Source: Leucoraja ocellata (taxonomy: Eukaryota). Taken from it: a DNA stretch of 64,000 bases. The notes below the pieces were generated by a model that saw nothing but the letters and a program-made list of their open reading frames with translations, was not told the origin of the DNA and made no database searches. The position numbers were made by a program, and so were the translations under genes. The stretch covers positions 3,844,001 through 3,908,000 of the forward strand of contig JAWMAR010000153.1 in NCBI GenBank assembly GCA_036785375.1. The letters are read 5' to 3'. Shown here one piece after another: positions 13,111 through 24,925 of this stretch (its first letter is position 1; each line of letters opens with the position of its first letter).

Positions 13111-13589
13111 AAAAAAGATTACTGGCCGAGAGCAGTAATTCTATGAGAGTTTTTAAGTATATGCGCAGATTTCTGAAGATGAGAAAATAAATCTTAGATC
13201 AATTGATAATTTGATCTTGCTACCCATAATTCACACTGTTACATTAGCTATGTGTGAAATAGCAGTGGACTAATCCTAAGAATATACAACTGACGGCCGA
13301 CTGGTCGGATTGTTGATCAAGTAATACTGTTGGCTGCCTGAGCCTGAGCAACTTGTACAAACGTGTTCATGTCATTCATCTGTGCCCCATAGTCCATGAC
13401 AGCTGGTGAGACAGCTGGTGAACTGGCTGAGTTAAAACTAAATGACAGGCGGGATGGCCTTGTCACATATTATCTTAGTTTTGGAGCAAAGTACCAACCC
13501 ACTTCTGCAACCCACCGTGTAAGATTTCATTAACTGATGGAAGATGGACTTACGATCTTGAAAATTTGGGGATAGGTTACACAAAGGCA

Positions 13590-13762
13590 GTAGAGCTGGC
13601 GTAGCAGTAGAGCTACTGCCTTACCGCACCAGAGACCCGGGTTTGATCCTGACTACGGGCGCTTGTCAAAAGGAGTTTGTGCGTTCTCCCCTTGACCTGC
13701 GTGGGTTTCCTCCAAGATCTTCAGTTTCCTTCCACACTCCAAAGACGTACAGGATTGTAGGT
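13590..13762 (+). mobile_element. V-SINE 5' half split by a Penelope element (3' half at 15061-15165)
   Basis: SINE head and V-domain end at TGTAGGT; the SINE resumes with TGGTTTGGTATAAATG and ends CTAAACTAAAC. Confidence 0.8.
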
Positions 13763-15060
13763 TGTTCAAGAAGGAACTGCAGATGCTGGAAGATCGAAGG
13801 TACACAAAATTGCTGGAGAAACTCAGCGGGTGCAGCAGCATCTATGGAGCGAAGGAAATAGGCGACGTTTCGGGCCGAAACCCTTCTTCAGACTGATGGG
13901 GGGTGGGGGGGAGAAGGAAGGAAAAAGGGAGGAGGAGGAGCCCGAGGGCGGGGGGATGGGAGGAGACAGCTCGAGGGTTAAGGAAGGGGAGGAGACAGCA
14001 AGGGGTGGCAAAATTGGGAGAATTCAACGTTCATGCCATCAGGACGCAAGCTGCCCAGGCGGAATATGAGGTGCTGTTCCTCCAATTTCCGGTGTTGCTC
14101 ACTCTGGCAATGGAGGAGACCCAGGACAGAGAGGTCCGATTGAGAATGGGAGGGGGAGTTGAAGTGCTGAGCCACCGGGAGTTCAGGTAGGTTATTGCGG
14201 ACTGAGCGGAGGTGTTTGGCGAAACGATCACCCAACCTCCGCTTAGTCTCCCCGATGTAAATCAGTTGACATCTAGAGCAGCGGATGCAGTAGATGAGGT
14301 TGGAGGAGATACAGGTGAACCTTTGTCGCACCTGGAACGACTGCTTGGGACCTTGAATGGAGTCGAGGGGGGAGGTGAAGGGACAGGTGTTGCATTTCTT
14401 GCGGTTGCAATGGAAAGTGCTCGGGGAGGGGGTGGTACGGGAAGGAAGGGAAGAATTGACAAGGGAGTTGCGGAGGGAGCAGTCTTTGTGGAAGGTAGAC
14501 ATAGGGGGAGATGGGAAGATGTGGCGAGCGGTGGGGTCACGTTGGAGGTGGCGGAAATGGCGGAGGATTATGTGTTGTATTTGCCGGCTGGTGGGGTGAA
14601 AGGTGAGGACCAAGGGGACTCTGCCCTTGTTGCGAGTGTGGGGATGGGGAGAGAGAGCAGTGTTACGGGGTATGGATGAGACCCTGGTGCGAGCCTCAAC
14701 TATGGTGGCGGAGGGGAATCCCCGTTCCCTGAAGAACGAGGACATTTCCGATGCCCTGGTATGGAATGTCTCATCCTGGGAACAGATGCGGCGTAGGCGG
14801 AGGAATTGAGAGTAGGGGATGGAGTCTTTACAGGGGGCAGGGTGGGAAGACGCGTAATCCAGATAGCCATGTGAGTCAGTTGGTTTGTAGTGTATGTCGG
14901 TTAGAAGTTTGGCCCCTGCGATGGAGATGGTGAGGTAAAGGAATGGTAAGGAAGTGTCGGAAATGGTCCAGGTGTATTGGAGTGCCGGGTGGAAGTTGGT
15001 GGTGAAGTGGATGAAGTCAGTCAGTTGTGCAGGAGGTGGCCCCAAAGCAGTCGTCAATGT
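13763..15060 (-). mobile_element. Penelope-like element, 5'-truncated (RT C-terminus plus GIY-YIG endonuclease)
   Basis: ORF 13978-15132 has YKPTDSHGYLDYASSHP, IPYSQFLRLRRICS, C..KKC.TC, NLIYCIRCSRCQLIYIGETKRRL.DRF.KH and GMNVEF; terminus carries a hammerhead-like motif; inserted in a V-SINE. Confidence 0.92.
13864..13891 (-). ncRNA. Minimal type I hammerhead ribozyme motif at Penelope terminus
   Basis: Reverse complement CTGAAGA-A-GGG(TTTCGG)CCC-GAA-ACGT-C: CUGANGA box, stem II, GAAA box, palindromic ACGU stem III and UH site. Confidence 0.75.
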
Positions 15061-16755
15061 TGGTTTGGTATAAATGCAATGGTGTGTGTTGGATAGTGTT
15101 AGTGCGTGGTCAGTGCAGCCTCGGTGGGACAAAGGGCCTCGTCCGATCTCTAAACTAAACTAAATTCACAATCCACGAACTTGAACACTCTATTGAAATT
15201 TAACTACTAGGTAAAAAGGTCTCATGAGAAAGAGGTACAAAGTGCTGGAGTAACTCAGCAGGTCAGGCGTTATCTCTTGTAAACATGGAGAGGCACCGAT
15301 TTGCATTGGGACCCTTCTTCGGACTGATTGTGGTGAGAGGTAGGGGAGAAAGCTTGAAGAGAGGAATTGAAGGACAAATGTAATATATGAAATTATTAGA
15401 GGCACTGATAGAATAAACCTTTTGGGATGGAAAAATCGGACACTAGAGGGCCTAGCTTTAAGGTGAAAGCAAAACTTTAAAGGAGATATGCGGGTCAGGT
15501 TTTTTTACACAGATTGTGGAACGTGCTGCCAGGGTTGGTAGTTGAGTCTGATACACTAGTAGCATTGAAGAGACTTGGATAGATTTATGGATATCAGCAA
15601 CTGGAGGGATATGAATTATGTGCAGGTGGATAAGGAACCTGGCACCATGTTCGGCACAGATATTGTGGGCCGATGGGGCTGATCCTGTGCTGTACTGTTC
15701 GATGTAAGTGCAGCTCGATTGCAGACATTACTTTTTGATGAGACATTCAAGTAAGGCACAATTTGCTTCCTCAACTAGATGTGAAATATAACCATAGATA
15801 CAGCTTGAACAAGAACTGTGGAGTTTATCCCTGTGCGTCAGTCAATATTAACCTTCAATAAACAACTAAAAAGAACAAATTATGTAGTCACTATCACATT
15901 GGAAACTTGCTGTGACCAAATTAGCTTCCAGGTGTCCCACAACAGCCATCGAAAAACATTTAATTGGCCACAGGCATTTTGGAATGCGCTGTGGCCATGT
16001 CGAGTATTATGTGCTTACAAATCCTTATTTCAATTTCCCCCCAGGATCAGAAAACAAAAAGAAGTAGGCTTGGGAATATCTTGTCTACAAATAATAAATA
16101 ATAGGTTGTGCAGTCATTTAGAAAGAATGATAGACACAAAATGCTGGAATAACTCAAAAGGTCAAGCAGTATCTCTGGAGAAAAGATAATAGGTGACGTT
16201 TCGGTTTTGCAATGAACCAGAGACTTATTTTTTGTCTATCTTCAGTATAAATCAGCATCTGCAGTTCCTTCCTACACCTTGAAATGATGGTTTATTTTAG
16301 GTATTGTCACCTGTACCAAGGTACAGTTCAAAGCTTTATTTTGCCTGCTGTAAAATCAAATCAGATAATACCTGTACATGAATATAATCAAACCAAACTC
16401 AACTATAGTAGGTAGAGCAACAACAAAGATATAATATGTAGAATATAGTTCTCAGCATTGTAACATAATAGTCCAAAAGAAAAAGTCCAATGTCCGCAAG
16501 GAGGTATAGAAACATGGAACTGCAGATGCTGGTTTAAAAAAAAAAAAGACACAAAGTGCTGGAGTAACTGACCTGCTGAGTTACTCCAGCACGTTGTGTC
16601 TGTAATGAGGTATAATGGAGAATTGGAACTGCGTCCTAACTTATGGAGGGACCATTCAGAAGCCTGATAAGAACTGATAACATGTAGCTACCAAGGGGAT
16701 AGTAATGAAGTTAAAATGGAGTCATTATCCTTGTACCCATTACGTTCCAATTTAT

Positions 16756-16966
16756 AGGAAGGAACTGCAGATGCTGGTTTAAACTGAAGATAGACGCAAA
16801 AAGCTGGTGTAACTCAGCGGGCCAGGCAGCATCTCTGGAGAGAAGGAAATTGTGATGTTTTGGGTCAAGACCCTTCTTCAGACGTCACCTGAAATGTCAC
16901 CCATTCCTTCTCTCCAGAGATGCTGCCTGATCCGCTGAGTTACTCCAGCTTTTTGTATCTATCTTA
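16756..16966. mobile_element. Palindromic Penelope-end mini-element
   Basis: AAGATAGACGCAAAAAGCTGG...CTCTGGAGAGAAGGAA followed by its reverse complement TTCCTTCTCTCCAGAG...CCAGCTTTTTGTATCTATCTT. Confidence 0.75.
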
Positions 16967-17698
16967 TGTTCAAATTGACACCACACTTACAGTATGGAAC
17001 ACATCTGACGCAAGAAGCTGGCAATCTGGTAGCATTGTATTAATGCTGCAAATGTCATTAAAACCCAGAAAAATACATAAGCAAGAAAGCACTTGTCCCT
17101 AATTACTGAAAATACGTGCTCTTACAAATTAACCAGGAGCGACAGATGTACACGTTTGCAACTTGGCCTGATTCCACAGCAATGTTATGTGCAACATTTC
17201 ACCAAGACGAAGAATGTGGTGTGGTATTCCCTAGATACCTCATACTTCTACATTGCACAGTTCGAGTGGGTCCTGACAATCCAATTATACCATTACTCCA
17301 GCAATTCAGCCTCATACCATTGACAGCAAAGTGTACACAGAAGTTGTAATCTAGTTAAGAAACCAATGCCAATGTTCAACTTTTATTTACTAAACCTATT
17401 TTAATGGCATCCTTTCATGTTCTGTTGATAATTCGTCAGTTTCACACACAACCAGATATAGTTCATTCTAGTTACTCCTTAAATGTTGGCTGCGTTATGA
17501 TAGACGCTGATGTAAGAAAAGAACAGAAAGGAGTTTGCAATTGTATTGGGAGTATTATTCTTTATTTTGCATGAACCTCTCTTACGCCTATCTCTTCCTT
17601 TCAATCAAGCAGACAGACACACACACACACACACACATTGTCACCTATCTATATTTACTCCCAGTGGTAGAGCTGACCAAGTAAGGAAGGAAAGAAGG

Positions 17699-17822
17699 CT
17701 AAAATTAGCCTCCCCTGTAGATCTATGCTCCAAAGCATTTGCTGTGGTATTTGTGAAGGATACTAGCCACAGCGAGCTGCTTGGATCAATGTAACAATTT
17801 GCGATACAGAAGTATATTTAAG
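17699..17822 (+). promoter_or_regulatory. Candidate ASB12 muscle regulatory region: MEF2 site and TATA-like box
   Basis: CTAAAATTAG (17699-17708) is a perfect YTA(W)4TAR match; TATATTTAAG lies near 17813; both are 170-290 bp upstream of the ATG. Confidence 0.35.
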
Positions 17823-17991
17823 GCGACTTTCTTGTGTGTTACCTGACCAGTGGAGAATCAATACAGCGTTTTGACGCCAAACTCCTTGCTGTTGTTTCTT
17901 TATGTCTGCGATCATCTGCAACATTTAAGGAGCGGCGGGAAACAAATATGCCTGGTTGTGTCTGAAGCTAACTAGGAGAGATTTCATAGAC

Positions 17992-18811
17992 ATGGAACTG
18001 GATATTACGTGGCCTGTGGAAATGAGCCTGGTAGACATCACCAAGATATTTTCCATGCTCCAGCCCAGAGATGAAGAAGATGAGAATGGGGAAATAGGTC
18101 AGCTGAATCAAGCAGTCTCGAATGACGATGACAAACTGTTAGCTGGACTTTTATCCCAGGAGAGGTATGCTAGATTTATCAATAGCCGGAGTGGCTGGGG
18201 TGTCCCAGGGACCCCTCTACGTTTAGCAGCCATGGGAGGCCAACTGAAATGTCTGGAGGTCCTCCTGGCTCATGGTGCCAATGTGGACAGTTTGGATGTG
18301 AAGGCACAAACCCCATTGTTCACTGCTGTTAGTGGCAGGCATCTAGACTGTGTCCAGGCATTGCTCAGGGCTGGAGCTGATCCTAACGGCAGTCGACACA
18401 ACAACAGCTCACCGATTCTGATCGCTGCCAGAGAAGGAGAGGTGGAGATATTGAGGGAACTGTTGGAACATGGAGCAGAAGTCAATGTCCGTTCCAAAGC
18501 ACCCGACTGGGCCTCCAATCCCTGTGCGTGCAGTGGTCCTCTCTACATCTCTTTGGTATATGGACACTTTGACTGCTTTCGCCTTCTTCTTTTGCATGGA
18601 GCTAACCCAGATTTTAATTGCACCGAGGAAAAACTGCTGTCACGAATCAAGTCACGCAAGACTGCACTGGAGATGTGTTTCAGATATGGTTGTGGGACAG
18701 AGTATGTGCAGCTGCTCATAGACTTTGGAGCAAATGTTTATTTACCCGATCTCCCTGCAAACAAAAATATACACCAAAATGAAGTATTTAAACTTATAAA
18801 TAGTACCAGAG
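17992..18811 (+). CDS. ASB12: Ankyrin repeat and SOCS box protein 12, first coding exon (ankyrin repeats); alternative start ATG at 18022
   Basis: MSLVDITKIFSMLQP...FINSRSGWGVPGTPLRLAA...DSLDVKAQTPLFTAVS is the ASB12 signature; multiple ankyrin repeats; donor AGAG|gtaagc at 18811/18812. Confidence 0.95.
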
Positions 18812-20539
18812 GTAAGCAAAAGATTTATTGTTTTTGTTATGTCAACTTGATTATTTAAGGTTGTAAAGCTGCTGTCTCACAGCACCAGAGACACAGGTTC
18901 GATCCTGACCACCGATGCTGTCTGTATGCAGATTGTACATTCTCGCTGTGACCGCGTGGGTTTCCTCCGGGTGCTCCGGTTTCCATCCATATCCCACGTG
19001 TAGGTTTGTAGGTTAATTGGTCTCTGCAAAAAAGTGCCTTAAATTGCAGGGTGTGGAATCGGTGGGTCGATGGACCTGTTTCCATGCCGAATCTCTAAAC
19101 TAAATTAAACTCAACCAAAAGCAAAAATAGTCCTTTAAACTAAGTATATTGTTTCATTCAAGGAAGGGAGCACTATCCAGAGTTGCTGCCTGAGCCGCTG
19201 AGTTATTCCAGCAATTTGTGTCAGTCTGTAGATTAAGTGTGTGAGGGCAAAATTGTTGCAGCTGTAAGTTAAAGTGAAGAAATGTGAGGGTGTGCTCAGA
19301 AATGAAACATAAAAGCATCTTTCTAAAAATGTAAAAACTAGGAACTAAAGGAAGATTTATGTATTATCCTCTAGAAATTACTAAGAGCTAGTGTACAGAT
19401 ACTCAAAAATAAATTGAAAGGCTAATGCTTCATTGAATTGTACCTCAAGAGACCGGAATACCATGTGTGTGAATTAAGATTTAGCTGCTTAAAGCTTTCG
19501 TTAATCATATTAATTTCTGCAACCAAACCTCAGGATCTGTTAAAAAAAAAAGGCTCAAAGTCTTCTCATCGAGCCCACACACAAGAATAAAAGTTGTTCA
19601 GCCAGAGCTGAACACATTTCTCGGCATCTGCACACAACGGTGTCTGTCTTGTCGTTTCTTGTGCTTCTTGTGCGTGGTGGTGGAAAGATTGGTGGAAACA
19701 GGGGCCGCGACGTGAACGCTCTTTCCTTGACCCCAGGCTCAAATGCTGGAGTAACTCAGCGTGTCAGGAAGCATTTCTGGAGAGCATGGACTGTACCTAC
19801 AGTATGTTCTCCACTGATGCTGCCTGACTTGCTGAGTTACTCCAGCACTTTGTGCCTATTTGGTAAACCAGTATCTGCAGTTCCTTGTGTCTCAGGAGAT
19901 GTAACTGCTTTAGAAAGGGCGTGGTACAGATTTACAGAAAAGACTAAAAAGGGTTAGATTATGGGGTAATGCAATCACAGTGTTAAGTATACTAAAGGGA
20001 TATGAAAGGGCAGATTGAAATAAATTGTTTCCGCAAAAAAGTGGGGAAGTTCAGAATAAGGCGACATAAAATGAGAACTAGTCTGTTCAGAGATGGTATC
20101 AGGGATGGTATCACTTTACGATTAAGAACGTTTGCTTTCTGGAATGTTGGCCTTAGATTAATCAAAATTTCAAAACTGAAATTTATAACATTTCTTTATA
20201 AAGACGTACAGGTGTGTAGGTTAATTGGCCTCTGTAAATTGCGCCTAGTGTGTAGGAAGTGGATGTGAATGTAAGATAACATAGAACTGATGTGCGCTGG
20301 TGGTAGATGGTCACTGGGTACTCAGTGGGCTATAGGTCCTGTTTCCATGCTGTATCTATCAATCGATCAGCCAATCAATTGCTATTGACCCTCATCTCAA
20401 CTTCAGGCCAAGATGAAACACCAATAACCTAAAACTCTCATTATTAAACCTGTGTCCAGTATAGAAGAGAGAAAACGGAGAACTTTATGTTGAACAAATG
20501 TGGTTTTTACTGTCAAAATAATTTCATTTAGTTTGGTTT

Positions 20540-20888
20540 ACACGCTAGAGGCAGGAAACATGTTCCCGATGTTGGGGGAGTCCAGAACTAGGGGCCATAG
20601 TTTAAGAATAAGGAGTAAGCCATTTAGAACGGAGACGAGGAAACACTTTTTCTCACAGAGAGTGGTGAGTCTGTAGAATTCTCTGCCTCAGAGGGTGGTG
20701 GAGACGGGTTCTCTGGATGCTTTCAAGAGAGAGCTAGATAGGGCTCTTAAAAATAGCGGAGTCAGGGGATATGGGGAGAAGGCAGGAACAGGGTACTGAT
20801 TGGGGATGATCAGCCATGATCACATTGAATGGCGGTGCTGGCTCGTAGGGCCGAATGGCCTACTCCTGCACCTGTTGTCTATTGTTTA
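20540..20888 (+). mobile_element. CR1 LINE 3' fragment in the ASB12 intron
   Basis: Nearly identical to 28115-28450. Other CR1 remnants lie at about 2420-2800, 15395-15705, 26115-26400(-), 28890-29160(-), 31520-32080, 33380-33685, 34195-34410, 36830-37035 and 38200-38660(-). Confidence 0.85.
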
Positions 20889-21164
20889 TAGATACCGCGC
20901 AGAAACAGGCCCTTCCGTCCACCGAGTCCGCGCCGACCAGCTATCCCCGCACATCAACACCACCTCACACACACTAGACGCAGGTCAGGGGGAGAATGTA
21001 CAAACTCCGTACAGACAGCACCTGTCGTCAGGATGAAACCCGGGTCTCTGGCGCTGTAAGGCAGTAGCTCTACCGCTGCGCCACTGTGCCGCCGATTTGT
21101 AAATTGTAAATTTACAACATTTTGCTTAACTAAAACACTGACCGAAACTATTTTTGTATTTTAG

Positions 21165-21298
21165 CTCAACCGCGATGTTTGATGTCACTCGTTAGGATAA
21201 CCATCCGCAAGCATCTGAAGCAACAGAATGGACTTCATTCCATTGACCAGCTGGATATCCCACCCGTCCTAAAAACCTATGTAAAACATCAACTCTGA
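21165..21298 (+). CDS. ASB12: ASB12 last coding exon (SOCS box)
   Basis: Acceptor tattttag; phase matches; encodes (A)QPRCLMSLVRITIRKHLKQQNGLHSIDQLDIPPVLKTYVKHQL*, an ASB12-type SOCS box ending KHQL. Confidence 0.95.
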
Positions 21299-23119
21299 GC
21301 TGGCACTCCAGCATTACTGAGTTATGTAACATCCCTTCTGTAGTGATGAGATACATTGGGCCAAATCCCATCTTAGTCATGCCCACTCTTGCAACAATAA
21401 TGTGGTCAGATCTCATTTGCAAGGAAGTGAGACACAGTTAAAGCATTTCGCTTAGAATGGTTTTGCAATCAGCTGGATTATTATAGATAATGATGGTTTG
21501 TGTGTTATATTGCAAGGTTAATTTTCTGCCTATGTGCTCTCCGCACAGGGACCTATGGGCATATTAGATGTTTTTCATCCTTTCCCACCAAAATATTTTT
21601 AATTATCTTGAATGCAAATTATTAAATTATTGTATATCATTAATTCTCCAATTATTTAAAATTAAGTCTTTGCACACTTCAACCATCGGTGCGTTTAAAT
21701 CCCAAAACAATTTATTATACAAGAAACAGCTCGTGCATGAATCATCACTTAGTTTATGTCGTCTCAAAGCATCACAGATCTACAACAGCCACTCACGCAC
21801 CACTGATAGACACAAAATGCTGGAATAACCTAGCGTGTTGGGCAGCATCTCTACAGAAAAGAATTATGATGAAGGGTCTTGACGACGAAACGTCACCTAT
21901 TCCTTTTCTCCAGAGATGCTGCCTGATCCGCTGAGTTTTTCGAGCATCTTGTGTCTCTAGCACCTGCCACCAAGGTAACTCTCACACCAACCTTCAATCA
22001 TTTGGACACCACCCCACCCACTCCACCCCATCCCCTCTCCCCAAACGCTGCTAATCACGTCCCATAAACACAAGAACACTGGAGCACGACCAGGCCCATC
22101 AAGCCTGTCCACCATTCAATACAAACGATCGTGGCTGATCTATGGTGGCTTCAAATCCATTTTGATCTGTCAAATATTTATCTATCCCCACCTTAAATAT
22201 ACCTAATGATCTGGTTGTCATCACCCTTGTGTATGTGTGGGGAGACGCGGAGCAGAACAAATCAGCTCCACTTCCATCCTGTCAATTCCCCTCAGGGTCT
22301 TATTAGCTTGAGTACTGTTACCCTTCATTCTTCCAAACTTCAAGAAATATGGACAAAATCGTACACCCTTCCTCTTGAATGGACAACCCTCTCTTCTCAC
22401 AAAATAGCCCGGTGAGTCTTCTCTAGTCCAACAGTTGAAAGGTTCAATGGAACAACGTTACTTTACTGTCACCCAATACAGTGAAATTATTTTCTTGCAT
22501 GAAGTTCAGTGACAATCCTATTGTATATTAGGCACAATCATACTAATTAGAGTGTAAGATAGTAGACCACACAAGAGTTGACTTCTAAGTTTGTTTCCAA
22601 TCCTTTTCTATATCCTTTTTTTGGTAAGGAGACCAAAACTGCACTCAGTATTCCAGGTGTGGTCTCACCCTGTATGACGTTAACAAAGCCTGTCTATTCT
22701 TAAACTCGAATTCCTCTGCAATAAATGATGTTGGCCTTTTTAACTTTGTTGGACCCGCTGAATACCAATTTGTGAACTATCCATAAGAGCATCTACTTCA
22801 CTTCTTTGCGGGTTTCGCCATTTACATAATAATCTGTCCCTTCATGGGATTGCATGAACTTGCACTTCCATCTCCCAATCTGATCCTGAATCCTCGCCCC
22901 TTCCCACAAGACGTCCAAGGTTCCAATTCTCTCAATGCCCCCGGTCGGCAACACACCTAGATTCCTGAACCTTACTGCACCAAATCACCCAATACTTCGA
23001 AACCCTGATTTCTAAACTCCCTGAGCAAAGTTCCCTGAATGGTGATTTCCCAAAACCGAAATCCACTGTTGGCTGAGATAACTTGACCCAGCTACACCAG
23101 GCCCCAACTACCCCAGCCT

Positions 23120-23862
23120 GTCATCATAATCATATTTTATTAGCCAAGTATGTTTTGCAACATAGGAGGAATTTCATTTGTCATACAGTCATATCAATAA
23201 CAGCAACAGAACACACAAAATACATTTTAACATGAACATTCACCCCAGTGACTCCTCCGCATTCCTCACTGATGGAAGGCGAAAAAAGTTCAATCTCTCC
23301 CTTCTTTGTTCTCCCGTGGTCGGGTGCCTCTAACCTTCCGTTGACGGGACGATCTTACTCCCATAGCCGGCGGTGGGCTTTCCTCGTCGGGGCGATCAAA
23401 CTCCTGCATCGGGGGGGAATCTCAGATCGGCACGCTGGGCGATCTACCCTGGGTCGGGGCTAGTCGAACGTTGTGCGTCGTTTGGAGCTTCCCGATGCCG
23501 GTCTCAACCCGAGACTGCGAGCTCTCGATATTGAAGTCCGCAGGCCGCGGTTGGAGCGCCAAAAGGCAAGGGATCCGACCCAAAGGTAAGTCCATGTCCC
23601 CGTGGTGGGGCTCAAAGTCAGTACCGGGCAAGGCCTCCAGCTCCACGATGCTAGGTTCACAGGGCCGGAGATATGATCCGGAAAACAATCGCATCTCCGG
23701 CTAGGTAAGAGAATGAAAAAAGTTCCCCCCTCCCTCACACGCCACATAAAACAAATTAGATAACATTAACATAAACTTTTAAAACATACTAAAAATACCA
23801 AAAAAAGATGAAGAGGACAGACAGACTTTAGGCGAGGCTGCCATCGAAGCGCCACCCGGTGG
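23120..23862 (-). mobile_element. Non-coding interspersed repeat with a Rex1-like 3' tail (related copies at about 36535-36825 and 62940-63198)
   Basis: Shared blocks AACAT.CACC.CAGTG...CCTCACTG..GGA.GGC in all three copies; GGCGAGGC.GC.AT...GCGCCACC.GGTG shared with the 62940 copy. Confidence 0.6.
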
Positions 23863-24386
23863 CTGACATCTGCAGTGCCCAAAGGGAAAACTATAATGCT
23901 GGATCTTTAGCACACAATGCATTGCAATTCCAAAACCATAGTCCATTTAAATAGTCGACTTTTTCAAAAAGGATTTATTTGATAAATTTACAAACAAAAA
24001 GTAGGATCGAAATCCATTTTCACCCTCACTTTCATTGCTTGGTTATCTTCCCAGAGGCAATTCGGACTGTAAACGCCTATCTCACCAGGGACTAACTCTA
24101 CAGAACGTTTTTCCTTCCATTATTTATTATGTAAAAGAATATGTGTGTTATGATTGTGTTTATAATTTGTTTGGTTGTTTTGTTGTTTGTCTTTTGCACA
24201 AAAGTCCGCGAGCATTGCCACTTTCATTTCACTGCACATCTCGTATGTGTATGTGACAAATAAACTTGACTTGACTTGACTTGACTTGCAGGTATTGGTC
24301 AATCTGTGCATCTAAGATTGTCTAATAGCATTTCAAATAGCATTTGGTATCCAATGGGCCTTGATAGTTGGAAGAAGAGTCCAGAG

Positions 24387-24414
24387 CTGAAGAAGGGTCA
24401 CGACCCGAAACATC
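24387..24414 (+). ncRNA. Hammerhead-like motif (stem III mutated) in a Penelope-end copy
   Basis: CTGAAGAAGGGTCACGACCCGAAACATC; ACGT changed to ACAT. Confidence 0.5.
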
Positions 24415-24529
24415 ACCTATCCATTTTTCTCCAGAGATGTGTAGGAAGGAATAGCAGATGCTGGTTTAAACCAAAGCTAGACACAAAAAGCACAAGAGGA
24501 AGGAGCTCATTATTGACTTCAGGAAAATA

Positions 24530-24925
24530 GGTGGTGTACGCACCCCTGTCAGCATCAATGCTGACAGTCGAGAGCTTCACGTTTCTCAGTTAATCTATCA
24601 CCAATAATCAGTCCTGCACCGACCCCATTGAAACTGCGGCCACAAAAGCACAACAATGTCTCTACTTCCTCAGAAGACTGCAGAAGTTTGTTATAACTCT
24701 TACTGACATGCAGAAACAGCGGAAAAAGCATCTTATCGGGATACATCACAGCTCGGTTTGGCAACAGCTCTGCCCAAGACTGCAAAATAATTACAGGGAA
24801 TTGTAGATGTAGCATTCCCCAAACCCGCCTTTCCTTCTCGCCTCTATCCTCCCCCCTTCATCAATTCCATCTACTCCAGATTCTGGAACAGCTCCTTCCC
24901 CACTGCCATCGGACTACTGAACAAC
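24530..24925 (+). mobile_element. Old Rex1/Babar-like RT C-terminal fragment
   Basis: Degenerate similarity to 35860-36360 (gtcgagagcttc..tttct, caacaatgtctctacttcctcagaagact, aacagctccttccccactgccatc). Confidence 0.55.

Noticed and set aside
17956-18858. ASB12 as a single-exon 300-aa ORF as listed in the track
   Set aside because: It starts at TTG and reads into the intron; the real SOCS box is in the exon at 21165-21298.
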